A stretch of DNA of 62,641 nucleotides, counting the filler, from Choristocarpus tenellus KU-1152 (taxonomy: Eukaryota; Protista; Phaeophyceae): NCBI GenBank assembly GCA_964200185.2. It is 10 parts of 10 records of this genome, joined end to end, with 100 filler letters (N's around TTAATTAATTAA, not from the genome) between each part and the next. Parts side by side here need not be neighbours in the genome. Positions count along the whole stretch, not along the records: positions 31,851 to 35,775 come from CAXNAD020017111.1; positions 35,876 to 41,867 come from CAXNAD020009219.1; positions 41,968 to 45,189 come from CAXNAD020021439.1; positions 45,290 to 51,957 come from CAXNAD020007610.1; 6 more parts are not named here. One strand, 5' to 3'. The notes below the pieces were generated by a model. The model was not told the origin of the DNA, ran no database searches, and saw only the letters and a list, made by a program, of their open reading frames with translations. Numbering within the stretch: the first letter of the stretch is position 1; every line of letters begins with the position of its first letter. This document shows positions 35,393 to 46,428 of this stretch, piece by piece. The position numbers and the translations under genes were made by a program.

Positions 35393-36014
35393 AGAATTGA
35401 GATACATACAGAGACACAAACAAAATTAGGGTTAGGGTTAGCCTTGAGATTGCAGGTGAAAAAAATAAATAAAGAAATAAAGAACTCTTTAGGATTTGAG
35501 CGTTAAGGTCAGGGCCACCCCCACCCATGTATAAAAATTGTCAATGTCAGCAGAACGGTATAAACAACTTCTTTGAAAGAAACCGATGGTGGTATAAAGT
35601 CACTTAACACATACCGTCATCGGTATGTCTCTTCATTGAACAGTACACTCCGTATAAATCAGAACAAACCGATCTGCCAAATCCTTCCCCCCCCCCCCCC
35701 CCCCCCCCCCATCCTGTCTGCGGGGATATCTGATTCCCTCTCCCCAATTTTTGCCCAAATACTTTTTTTAGAAAANNNNNNNNNNNNNNNNNNNNNNNNN
35801 NNNNNNNNNNNNNNNNNNNTTAATTAATTAANNNNNNNNNNNNNNNNNNNNNNNNNNNNNNNNNNNNNNNNNNNNAAAAATTCATCCTTTTTTTCTTTTT
35901 TTGGCTCTTTTTTTTTTTTTTTTTTTTTTGCGGGGGGGGGGGGGGGGGGGGGGGGGGGAGGTATCTTACACCTACTACATCTTCTATCGTTGCAAAAGCT
36001 GTACAATTTCATAC

Positions 36015-38823
36015 CCCCAACACCCCTCTCCTTCTAAATTTGCTCGACGCTGTAAAAGTCCACACCTCTCCCAGGGTCGCCAAGTCTCCGGCTGGCTCTT
36101 CAACAGAGGCATCCCTGTTCCAGCCCCACACAAAAACACCCCCATCCCTCGCCACTGTGTAGATCCCATCGCTGTCCTCAGAAAAAAAGCAGTGTCTAAC
36201 GCTATCACGATGACCTTCCATCGGGTAAGGTCAAAAGCTTGGTGAGTGCAGCAGGGTTTGGATATCAAGTACGTTGCAAAATGAAGATGCAAGCAAAACA
36301 CGTTTTTTTTTTTCTTCTGAAGGATAATTCTATTGAGTAAGATAGATATGCATTCTAGTTAAGAAAAAAAAATACAGTACAAACTGCAACTTTTTTTTGT
36401 TACAACACCCAAATATGTTTGCAGGGTGAGCATAGTAGCATGGGAAGGAGGGGGGGAGGGGATGGATGCAAAGGGGTTTGAGAAAAAAAGTGCAGAGGTT
36501 GTGGTGGGAGACATGACCTAGATCGCAGCGAGGTAGATTAAGTCAGCAGAGCGGGGAAAGACAGCAAGAGGGGTGAGTACGAGTGAATGCAAAGAGATGA
36601 AAGGCAAGTACATGCATGAAACAAGCGCTGAAAAAATCACAACACGATCTTGCAGCTGTGTTTACTATCCGGAGCAAAACCTCTCTTACACCACTCCTCA
36701 GGTTGTGCCATTGGGCAAAGCTAAGCCTCTACGACAGCAACGGCAGAACCATACAAAAAAAAACAACTCAGTGCCGCTCGCTATCTGCTAAAAAAAACTC
36801 AAAAGTGGATGAATTTGCCATTATCAACACGTACACTACCGGAGTGCATACATGGCTCTTCTGTACACTCACCAATCAGTGTGGTAGGTATGAATCCCGT
36901 CTCTATTCCGGTGTCGTTCACAAAGAACACCCTTGCTGTGGCATCCTTGGAACCTGGTCAATTGGGAGGACATCAGATGGGTTTGGGGTGAGGGGATCCT
37001 GTTTTTTTTTTTTAAAGCCTGCACTTACAGGATGCGCACAGTGCTTGTTTATCTCCATGCCACAATTGCCAACTGACACACTTTCTGGTTGTAGTCAGAT
37101 CGGCCCATGGACAAACATTCTCCTAGAGGCGATGTGGGACTGGCATTACCTTAGAAAAGCCATCTTATTATCTCTGTCCTAAACACAAAAATACGTGTTA
37201 TTCAACGACACAGTTCCGCAGCATCACATTTGCAACAGAAACAGTTGTACACTTCTACCGGCTATAACAAGGTCATCCTGCAGTAAAACATGGTATCACT
37301 CACTACCATCATTGCTATATTTATCACCACATCAGTTCTACAGTTGTGCCTGGCAAAATCTCTGCTGCAGGCAAAACAATGGTTGACCAACCTCCAAAAA
37401 TTCATCCTTACGAACCAGATGAAGTCTGCTAAACACACACAAACAAACACATACACAATTGTCTTGCAGGCTAGATGAAACCCCAAGGAATGAAGCATGA
37501 TGAATGAAACACAACATTCAACATTGTACCCCCTCTCCACGGACCATAGTCTTTGTTCTGCATGGATGTACAAACACAACTTATAAATGTACCTGCCACA
37601 AGGTGTCTTGAGTCTAGAGCCCACGCAAAACATGTGACATCATCCTGAAGCCCACCATAAGTGTGAAGAAGCGACAAGGGCGCAATCTGGTGTCTTCGCC
37701 CAGGGGTCACCCAAACCTGTATTTTTTTACCCACTCCCACAGCAATGAAACGGTCGTCTGGACTGAACTGGATGGCACGGACCTATAGCATTCTCCGGCG
37801 CAGAGGGAATTGTCAGCATGACGTGAGGATGAACATAGGATGAGGTGGTAGTGTCGGTTCTGGCGATGGATTGCTCAAATGGAGAGTACATTTGGTGTTC
37901 GATATGAGTGCTGCATGTTTTGAATTGGTTTGCTCAATACAGTGTCCGGACTCGTGTGATGAAAACACATGCATCCTTTATGGTTTATACACAAGCCCTG
38001 AAAATACAAAGAAATGGGCTTGCGACTGATCCTGAACCCAAAACTCAGTCGTGCACCTCTCTGAACAACCTTGAAAAGATACCTAGGTGTATATGTATTG
38101 GGGTTATATTTCTTCCAAAACATAGAGGTATGCCACAGCAGGATTGCAACAAGTACTTGAATGCCGTACCTATTTCCTGGTGGCTATGAGATAGGGCGAA
38201 GGTGCACCACCCGCTCATAACGTACCAGCTACGCGTTTGATAAAGAGACAAAACCATTTGCCAATAGATGGTGCAACAATTGCGAGAGAGCAAACTCATG
38301 CCGTTGCAAGTTGAAACCTGTCTCACTATAGGATGTATTAGGTAACCTCTTCGACTGCTCACCCTTTTCTTGAAGTTGAACCTGTGCAGCACTACGCGCC
38401 GCTGCAGGTTCACCAAGAGAGTGCGCCCGTCAACATCAAGCACTATCAAGAGGCGTCCATCGTGGGAGGGTGAGAGCAGACGGATGTCTTTTCGACTCTC
38501 GAATGGCAGGACAGAGGAGGAGTGGTGGACCAGGTCTATCAGCACCTGAGTTAAACCATCCCGTTGATGGGATCAGTGCCAGTGGGGATGAGGAAATATT
38601 GCTAGTTGAGAGTTACACGGAAATATCGTTGCAGTTCTGGCAGTTCGAATCCAGCTTGAGCGATGTCAAAAATGGGGTGAGGACAAGGACATGCCCAGAT
38701 ACAACTCACCACCCGGTTCCGGACCGGTGCCAGCACCGACGTTCCCTCAGGTGGAAGGAACACAATATTGCCATTCCCATAGACACTGCCTAGGAGGCGA
38801 GACAGGGAATACCCGAACCGCAT
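36015..38823 (-). CDS. PWP2: Periodic tryptophan protein 2 (UTP1), SSU processome WD40 protein; first five exons
   Basis: Exons at 38823-38710, 38545-38363, 37782-37593, 36953-36873 and 36214-~36015 give MRFGYSLSRLLGSVYGNGNIVF...PVRNRV, LHRFNFKKRVRAIQFSPDDRFIAV, WALDSRHLVAGSKDATARV and GHRDSV..FFSED..IYTVARDGGVFVW. Splice phases are consistent. Confidence 0.93.
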
Positions 38824-39054
38824 CTAACCTATTTCGTTCACGATCTAAACATGAGGTGAAGGTAGATGTGAGGGATGGTTGCTGAAGGTTGAAACCCCTA
38901 ACCCTAACTAGGTCGGACAAAATAGATTTTTCACGTATCTCGTTGTCACACCATTCCCTAATAGAAAGTTGATCTACTGCATATCTAAGAGGTTTGTTTA
39001 TCTGTAAACCCCACACCGACCTGCCTCGAAAAGTGTCTACATTGCGCACGGCCA
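38824..39054. promoter_or_regulatory. Putative bidirectional promoter (231 bp between opposed ATGs)
   Basis: PWP2 ATG at 38823 (-) and a divergent ATG at 39055 (+). CpG-rich; contains AAACCCCTAACCCTAAC at ~38892-38908. Confidence 0.55.
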
Positions 39055-39913
39055 ATGGTACGGAGAGGAAGGGGCGAAATCGGCAAGGCCGGCACTTCGT
39101 TAGCAACTGGTCACGACCTCGATCATCCCCTCCCAAACCCCTCTCCAAAGCCTGCTGGCCTTCTGCCAGCCAGGAGTTTGGGAGGAAGTACAGGTGATTC
39201 TGCTAGTCCGGGTGGAGGAGCTGAAAGTGTAGGGACTTCGGCATCTCGGGTGGACCCAGATCCTCCAAGTCGAAAGATACCTCCAAGCCCAGTGACTGGA
39301 GAAGCCTCAGCACCCGTAGCCGACTGTGACGATGAGGACAGACTCCTCACCCTTGCTTTTGATGATTTCTTGGTGAGCTTATGATCCAATAACCAGGCCG
39401 AGTCGTAGTGTTAATATGACCACATACTCCTGCGAGAGATGGTAGGCGTGAATTACGGATAGATGTTTCCAACCCTTTGTATGCTCTACAGTCTCTTCCA
39501 ATCAAATGAAGCCCGCAAACATGTTAGAATGTTGCAGCGAGTTGTAAAGACAACTCCTGACTTTTAAATTGCAGAAAAGGCTGGCTAATATCGATGAACC
39601 CTTGTGGATTATCTCGGGTGACTTGGGTCATGGACTCCACTTATGGTGAATGGTCAACTGAATTTGTCTTTGGAACAACCAACTCCCTGGTACGCTCATA
39701 TTGAAGTGCAAGGCGCAGTCCCTCGGCGAAGATGATGATCCTGAAGAAGCGATTGCGTCAGCTCGTGCCCTCTTCACTAAAGCGGTGGTGCGGGCACGAG
39801 AGGCACGAGTTAAACGGCAGGAACTGGAAGATCGATGCAACAACCTGGCCGCTGAGAACCAGGCCTTGTCCTCCAACTTAGCAAAGAGGCGGACGGCTGC
39901 AGGCAAGGCCCAG
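39055..39913 (+). CDS. Coiled-coil protein, taxilin-like N-terminal part (first two exons)
   Basis: Phase-0 exons at 39055-39372 and 39713-39913. A low-complexity N-terminus is followed by DPEEAIASARALF...LAAENQALSSNLAKRRTAAGKAQ, resembling the taxilin segment before LCRELQ. That motif itself was not found. Confidence 0.55.
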
Positions 39914-41824
39914 GTGAGACAAAGTCCTAGCTAAACAGCTAAACGCTGTAGCGAAGTTAACCCCATCCATGACTGATGTTAAAGATGGTTTGGTGGAGCT
40001 ATTTGGGTGGAAATGTGATCAGGGTATGGGGGGCGGGGTATGCGCCTGTAGCATGGATCTGTTGTGCTGCGGTGCTGATAAAATCGTGATAGAGAGATAT
40101 TTCTGGTTGATTATTCATTGCCTGTAGTTCGTTCATATCTCCCTCAAGCTCTCTTTGCTTTGTTTGGGGTGGGAACAGTTGTACTGTGCAGCTGAAGAGA
40201 GTGGATGATTTCCGCGTTTGTGTGCGGTTTGTGGATTTGTGCTCCATAGTAGAGGACAGGAGTCATATTTTCTATATTGTAATGCAGAGACAACACTCTT
40301 TTTTATTCAACCCCAGTTGTGTCAGGACCAACAACAAAATGAACGCCATAGCCCTATCCCCAGCCCTTAACCTCATCAGGTCCTCATTGGGTTGCTGAAT
40401 GGATGTCAGTTAGGGTTAGGGTTAGGATGCACAAAATATCACGTATGTAGCAAAATATCACTACGAGCAAGTCTTGAGTAATGCAGTTTTTTGAGACATC
40501 TCCAATTTTTCCTACCCTTTACTTTGTATTAGTTTCTGAAGATAAAGCCTTCATGGGACATGATTTGTGGACATACTGTCTGTACTCAATCTTTTGCTTG
40601 GTGAAAAAGAAATATTATTTTGGACATTTGAGTACCCACAGTTGACTTGACGATGACAAGCTCTTCTTAGTCCCTGTTCTTGATATGGCCTGGACTGTGG
40701 TATCTTCTATGCAACAGAATGGGGGTTCAGGAGGGAGGCGAGGTTATCCAGTCACACCTTGTGGTGCTCTTGTTTTACCTGGATGCCTCTTGAAGTACAC
40801 CCAAATTTTCTGTAGGGATGTAGTAGGGTAACCGCAATTAGCTAGGATGCAGCTTCAGCTTTCCATCCCATGATATACTTTCTCACGGGGGATGGAGTTG
40901 CTCCAACATGGGGCGGGGCCCTTGCATGTTCCAAGGAGTCACACTAGCTAAGGGGTATATGCACTTGTGCCATTTGGTATCTTACGTCCTTTTTCAGTAA
41001 CCGTGCAATGCGCAGTATTTTCACGTTTTTTTTCTACACAGGAGAAGCCCCCATCCTCCAACTAAGGTGTCGCTGCGGAAGAGACAACAAGAATAATAAT
41101 AATAAAATAATTAAAAAATATTTAGCGAGGCCCTTTTTTTCGTATTTTACAAAAAAAACAACTGGTTTAGTGCATTTCGGGCGATCCTTCTTCAATGCGC
41201 AACCGTGTATATGCCTCTCAATTAGCAGCGTGACTCGAATGAACGGAGCTCAAGTTGAAAATCAAAGAGAGAGAGTGCTTTCAACAGGGAGTTCTGCCTT
41301 CCCCCCCTGTTCCCCTAAACCAAGAAGTAACAAGAATGAACTGTCTCGTGTGTGTACCACAACTACTAAAGTGCTCATCCTGGAGTTTTCTGGGGGGGGG
41401 GGGGGGAGGTTAGTAGGCGTTTTTTTGTCTCAAGAGCTCGTGCGGAGAGCAAAAAATAAAAAAATAAATATTACTAGTGTGTTTCCTCGGTGTCTGTCTC
41501 TTGCGCAACTGCACGAGGAAAAGAAAGAAAATACTAAAAAACATAGGCTGTCTTAAACGATTTGCACTCATCGAAAGACTGAATGCGCTAATTATCTTAA
41601 ATAGAATTATATTAAATAGAATTATATTTCCTCTCGACGTCGAGGTTCTTGTCTGTTGCCTTCTCCACCATCATTAAACTTTTTGCCGGGTTCTGTTGTC
41701 TAGCGCTCTAGAAGAGCAGCTCCGCCGTACCTTTGACGTCGTCGGTGGGGCGTCCGTTTCAGTCAAACAACTATTTTTTTTGCTGACATTTGAAATCCGA
41801 CACGTGCGACCAAATCACACCAAA

Positions 41825-41867
41825 AAAGTGAAAATGGAAAAAAGGGTTGAAAAACGGACGCCGACAC
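41825..41867 (+). repeat. Subterminal segment of GGGTCAAAGTATCTGG-family element at contig end
   Basis: Near-identical to 9178-9219. Confidence 0.7.
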
Positions 41868-42938
41868 NNNNNNNNNNNNNNNNNNNNNNNNNNNNNNNNN
41901 NNNNNNNNNNNTTAATTAATTAANNNNNNNNNNNNNNNNNNNNNNNNNNNNNNNNNNNNNNNNNNNNCCGGGTAATTTGGCAACCTCACCGGCCTTCCCG
42001 GTGAGTCCAAGGTGGATTGGAAGGATGGCGGGTTTTGTGGGGTGTGATCGTGGACGACTCTCTCAAATAGTTAAAAGCAGTACGACGTTCACACTTTTGA
42101 TGCCCTTGGTTGTGTGGAACTGACCGCCCGTGGTATATGTCTGTATCCCCCTGTTTTGGAGCAAGGCTCGTTGATTTTTTCGATGGGGTTGAGTGCCTGC
42201 TCTACAGGTGTTGGTTTGTTGGGAAAGGTCCGACAACAGTGCACAGCTTTTTTTAGTTGTGTTAAGTGCGTCTGTAGTACCTGTGCGCCCAAGTTCGAGC
42301 TCAATGTAGTAGAGCACCGCTGCTCTAAGTGTCTGTTAAGTTGGATAGGGTAGTGAATTTAGGGTTAGGGTGTACGTACGGGGCTGTGTAGAGGTTAGGG
42401 TTAGGGTTAGGTCCTGCTTTTCAATTGTCCTTGTACTTACGCATCCCAAGCAGTTTTTTTTTAAAGTATAACTACACCTTGAGTTGTGGATTCAGTTGTG
42501 AATTTTGTCGGGGTGGCGTGATGGTGCTCCACTTTGTGTCCTGATTGCGCACACCTGAGTTCTGTCTGCCCGAAGACAGGAGGAGAAAGGAACCACCTGT
42601 ACCTGGTCTAACACTTTGAAAACATATACTCCGGAGTAAGTTGAACATAGACAGAAATGTATCGTCTGTTATATAGCATGACAAGAGGTAACAGGTAACC
42701 AAAGATGGTTGAGACTTTTTTGGGAGCAGGCTGGGAGAAACTGAAAGGTCTGGTCCAATGGCTACCCTCTTTGTTTTTGCAAGGTTCGGTCCTGGATATT
42801 TCCTGGATATTTCTGAAAGGTCCATTGCTTGTACTAGCCCAGTGTAGTATGTTTCTGATAGGCATGGTCCTATGCAGCTGAAAAGTCTTGAATGTCTAGA
42901 CCTCAGGTCAATTCGGCTCTATTTTTTTCTCATTCCAG

Positions 42939-44798
42939 GCCATGAGATATTTGAAAGACCTTGTCCTTAGGCAGGTCTGATGTAGTGTGTTTATGAAGGG
43001 GTCGGTCCATGAACCAGCTTGCAGCCCTGGACCGCATCCTGGCTCAGCTTACTGTGCAGCATGTTGAAAAGGCCCTCAAGGAAACGCCTCCAAAATAACA
43101 AAATGCTGTCTGTAGACCCTGTAGTGCATTTCATGAGGCTGAAATATATTGTCGTGATGGTAACTATTAGTTGTGTTTTGTTTGACAGTGGCTGAAAAGG
43201 AGTTTGTCACAGTCCATCAGAGAGCATAAAAGACTGTCCTATAGTAGCATTGGGGGTATGTTAGTACTTCAAATTATATTATGTACCTTTCTAGGTAGTA
43301 TGTAATCAGGAGTAGTATGCAATAGGTTGTTTGTACCAGTCTTATATTGTGATGCATATGAGATCCCTGCCATTGTTACCGGTGCACAGAAATTTGTGCA
43401 CCCTCTCTCAGAGGATCCAAGATGAGTCCAGGTCAGGGTACAGAGAGGTACCAACCAGACGATGGTAATTAGCTTGCTCAAAATTGTACTGATGGGGGGG
43501 ATCTTTTAATCTCCTGGCATGCTGTTAATTGTACATTGGAAAAATAGTATGGGGCAGGAATTGCACACACAAGCAAGGATAGAGGGGCTACTTTTTTTCT
43601 GCTATGGTACTGTGTACTTGCTCAAACAGAGCACCTACACCCATATCGCATTTTGAGGCCAAGAGTGAGTTGTGCTCCAATTACATGTATTGACTCTTGA
43701 GTGAGCATCACAACTCGCATTCTGTGGATCCCACCTGGGTTATTTCAGTTATGTTTTCCTTAAGGCTAGACCTGGGTCACAGCTCTGGGTGTCAGATTAC
43801 AGAACTGGTTGGGAGTTGGGTCTGACTCGTGCTTGAGCACAGGTCTGACCATGAGTAGGTCGGTCAAACGACCTCAGACTTGATTTCTGCCTTGAGCTTG
43901 ATGCACAAGCCTAGTGGGTAGAATCCCAACACCCATGTATCCGCATTGTGCCTGTGTCGTCAGAAACTACAAACTTCTTTTAAACAAAACTCAAGTGAGC
44001 ATAATATTTCCTTTAGCCCAGGGGGAATAGAATGGGGCCTTCGTCAGAATGGGAAATCAGGAACAGGCCTGTTAGCTCGATGGATTTGCAGCTACAAATG
44101 GAGCGTAGTACTTGGTTACAATCTTGGAAGCTCAGTCGTGGCTATCGGTCCACAGCTTTATAGAAGCCGTGCTGCACTTCACCAATAACTAGCCATACAA
44201 ACAGAGCTGATACCCATTCGTAAACTTGCCGTCACGAAATTGACAAGTGGGGTTATGTTGCATGTTTTCCTCCTCCAGCACAGGACCCTGCATCAGTCAT
44301 ACAGGTGTAAGGACTTCACTATAGATGGATGTTAATTGTTCATCATGTACCCACCTTTTCGCAGTCCTTACCACACTTCCCGCCCCCCCTTACTGCACCT
44401 TGCTGTTCAGGTGCAATATGAATCCTACTTTGATGATGTCTTTGGCTGCCTATTCCTAGGAGAGCAGCAAAATGTGACGAGATTAGTGTGATAGAACAAG
44501 TTGAAGGAGCATCTCCGGATTGATCTACTACAAGAAGAGAAGGGGGGCAGAGACAGACTGAAATAAAACACTTCCCAGTATTGTGTTGGAAATTTTGAGG
44601 AAGAACTGCTGAATTTTGCTTTCACTTTGAATTATGGTTTTTTTTATAGTAGTAATACCTGGAGATTTATCTACATGTTCTTATATTTTCCAGTGCGAGA
44701 ACATCTTGATTGCCTCTAATAGTACATTTGTGCGTGGTCATTTACCACTTGAACCACCTTCCCAACCAGACAACAATGATAATGTGGGTGGAGCTTGA
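42939..44798 (+). CDS. Possible short exons of an unidentified gene
   Basis: Polypyrimidine-AG acceptors followed by protein-like reads: AMRYLKDLVLRQ (42939), LAALDRILAQLTVQHVEKALKE (43019), HLHPYRILRPR|gtgagt (43630), VQYESYFDDVFGCLFLG (44411) and CENILIASNSTFVRGHLP..* (44694). I could not join them into one model. Confidence 0.3.
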
Positions 44799-45122
44799 AA
44801 TGAGAGACTACACAGGAACCCATCTCAATGATCTATCTGTGGTCTGCCTTGTTGCTCTGGACACACTTGGGTCTTTAATGTCCTCAATGACATCCCTTTG
44901 CTGCCATTCCCATTTGTATTGCTATCTTTGTACTCATCTGTGTGTGTCAGACTCGCACGTGGTGAAGATGCTCTTTCATTCTCAAGTATCCCTCCCTAAA
45001 GCATTCTCTTGTCTGCTTGGTCCCGGAAGATCATGCTGCAAATTATATGTTTTATGGTTGATTAACAGAATTACACGTACTTAGATTATTAAACTTATTG
45101 CAAACGTAGTTTGTCGCGAAAT

Positions 45123-45329
45123 GACTCAAAGTATCTGGGAGGGGGTGGCGGCTGTCCATTTGGGGTCAATTTTTTCATGTCGCAATTTTNNNNNNNNNNN
45201 NNNNNNNNNNNNNNNNNNNNNNNNNNNNNNNNNTTAATTAATTAANNNNNNNNNNNNNNNNNNNNNNNNNNNNNNNNNNNNNNNNNNNNCTGGTGTAGAC
45301 CCCCCCCCCCCCTCCAGATATGTTGGGTC
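45123..45329. mobile_element. MITE (same ~180-bp family) interrupted by the assembly gap
   Basis: 45123-45189 matches the start of 17107-17285 and 45290-45329 matches its end. AT flanks both sides. Confidence 0.75.
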
Positions 45330-45539
45330 ATACCTTGGTGAAAGGGGGCACAAGGTTGATGGTGGATGTCGTTTTGCCAAGAGACGCAGCATACTAACTC
45401 TGTCCATTTGAACGTGAAGAAATGTCCTCTTAAGCGTGAAAGCCACGTTTTCACGCAGGAAACTAGTTGATTGTATAGTAATAATAGGTCCAGTGTAGTC
45501 TGCTTTTTCAAAAACAGATCCGAGAATCATGCATCTCAC

Positions 45540-46260
45540 CTCTTCAGTGATTCCCCTTCATTCTCCACACCTCCCACAAGTACAACTGATTCTTCGCTAT
45601 GGTCTGGGCCTACATCGAATTTGGCCCCTAAAGTAGTATTCACTGAAGCTTGGAAATTGATGCTGGATGGGATCTGGTTCAACAACTGCTTTTTCTGCAT
45701 CCTTGACTTCGAGCAAGCGACTGAAATAGTCGCAGGTGAGCGCGATTTGATACGGTCCTCGCGCATAAGCTCGTGAAGCAGTACCTCTATCACAGCACCG
45801 AACTGCATCCAATCTTCTCGAGAGTTTTGCTGAAGAAGTTCCTGGTTTTGGAGTTGTTTTGTGGGGCACATTAGGCGGCATAGTTGGATGGATTTAATGA
45901 CTCGACCACATAATGTGCTCAGGACCACCATGTTGCAGTTGTCATTTATTTAAACGTCGCTTGTGTTATACAAAGCAGCAACAGTAGAAATATGAAGTGT
46001 CCAGAGAAACAAACTATTATTTCCATAGCTTCCTTCTAGGTGCTGAGTGTAGGTGAGAGACCCACCGTTAGAGATAACTTCTGGGCAAGAATGTACCAGG
46101 TGCTAACATCGTCCACACCCGAGATCTCTTGGTGGTTGCACTCTTCGGCAAATACTTTAGCCGTTGCTTCGAACCCCCTTGACCTTAAGAAGTCGTCTAT
46201 GAGAAGTCTCGCAAACGTGAGAAGACGTGCCCGATCAGCCTGAGAGGCAGGGGATAGCAT
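45540..46260 (-). CDS. LisH-motif protein, first two exons
   Basis: Exon 46260-46066 contains ARLLIDDFLRSRGFEATAKVFAEE (LisH consensus L..LI..YL...G...TA..F..E). Exon 45841-45540 is in frame. Confidence 0.75.
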
Positions 46261-46428
46261 TGCGATGGTGACAACTTCACTAACAGGTATTGTTGGATTT
46301 GAGGGGATTGTGCGTTTCGAAATATTTGAATGGACCTCAAATTCCTGTAGCCCTATGACCTAGCTCTGGAGCGGAGAGATAATCACCCATCCTCATCAAC
46401 TTACACAACAGATACAACCCCCTGAATC
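46261..46428. promoter_or_regulatory. Putative bidirectional promoter (168 bp between opposed ATGs)
   Basis: LisH ATG at 46260 (-) and first RlmN ATG at 46429 (+). Confidence 0.5.

Noticed and set aside
36616-37182. 188-aa plus ORF (and similar 32841-33380, 41008-41556, 55897-56298)
   Set aside because: Antisense to real exons or within intron/repeat sequence; no protein-like motifs.
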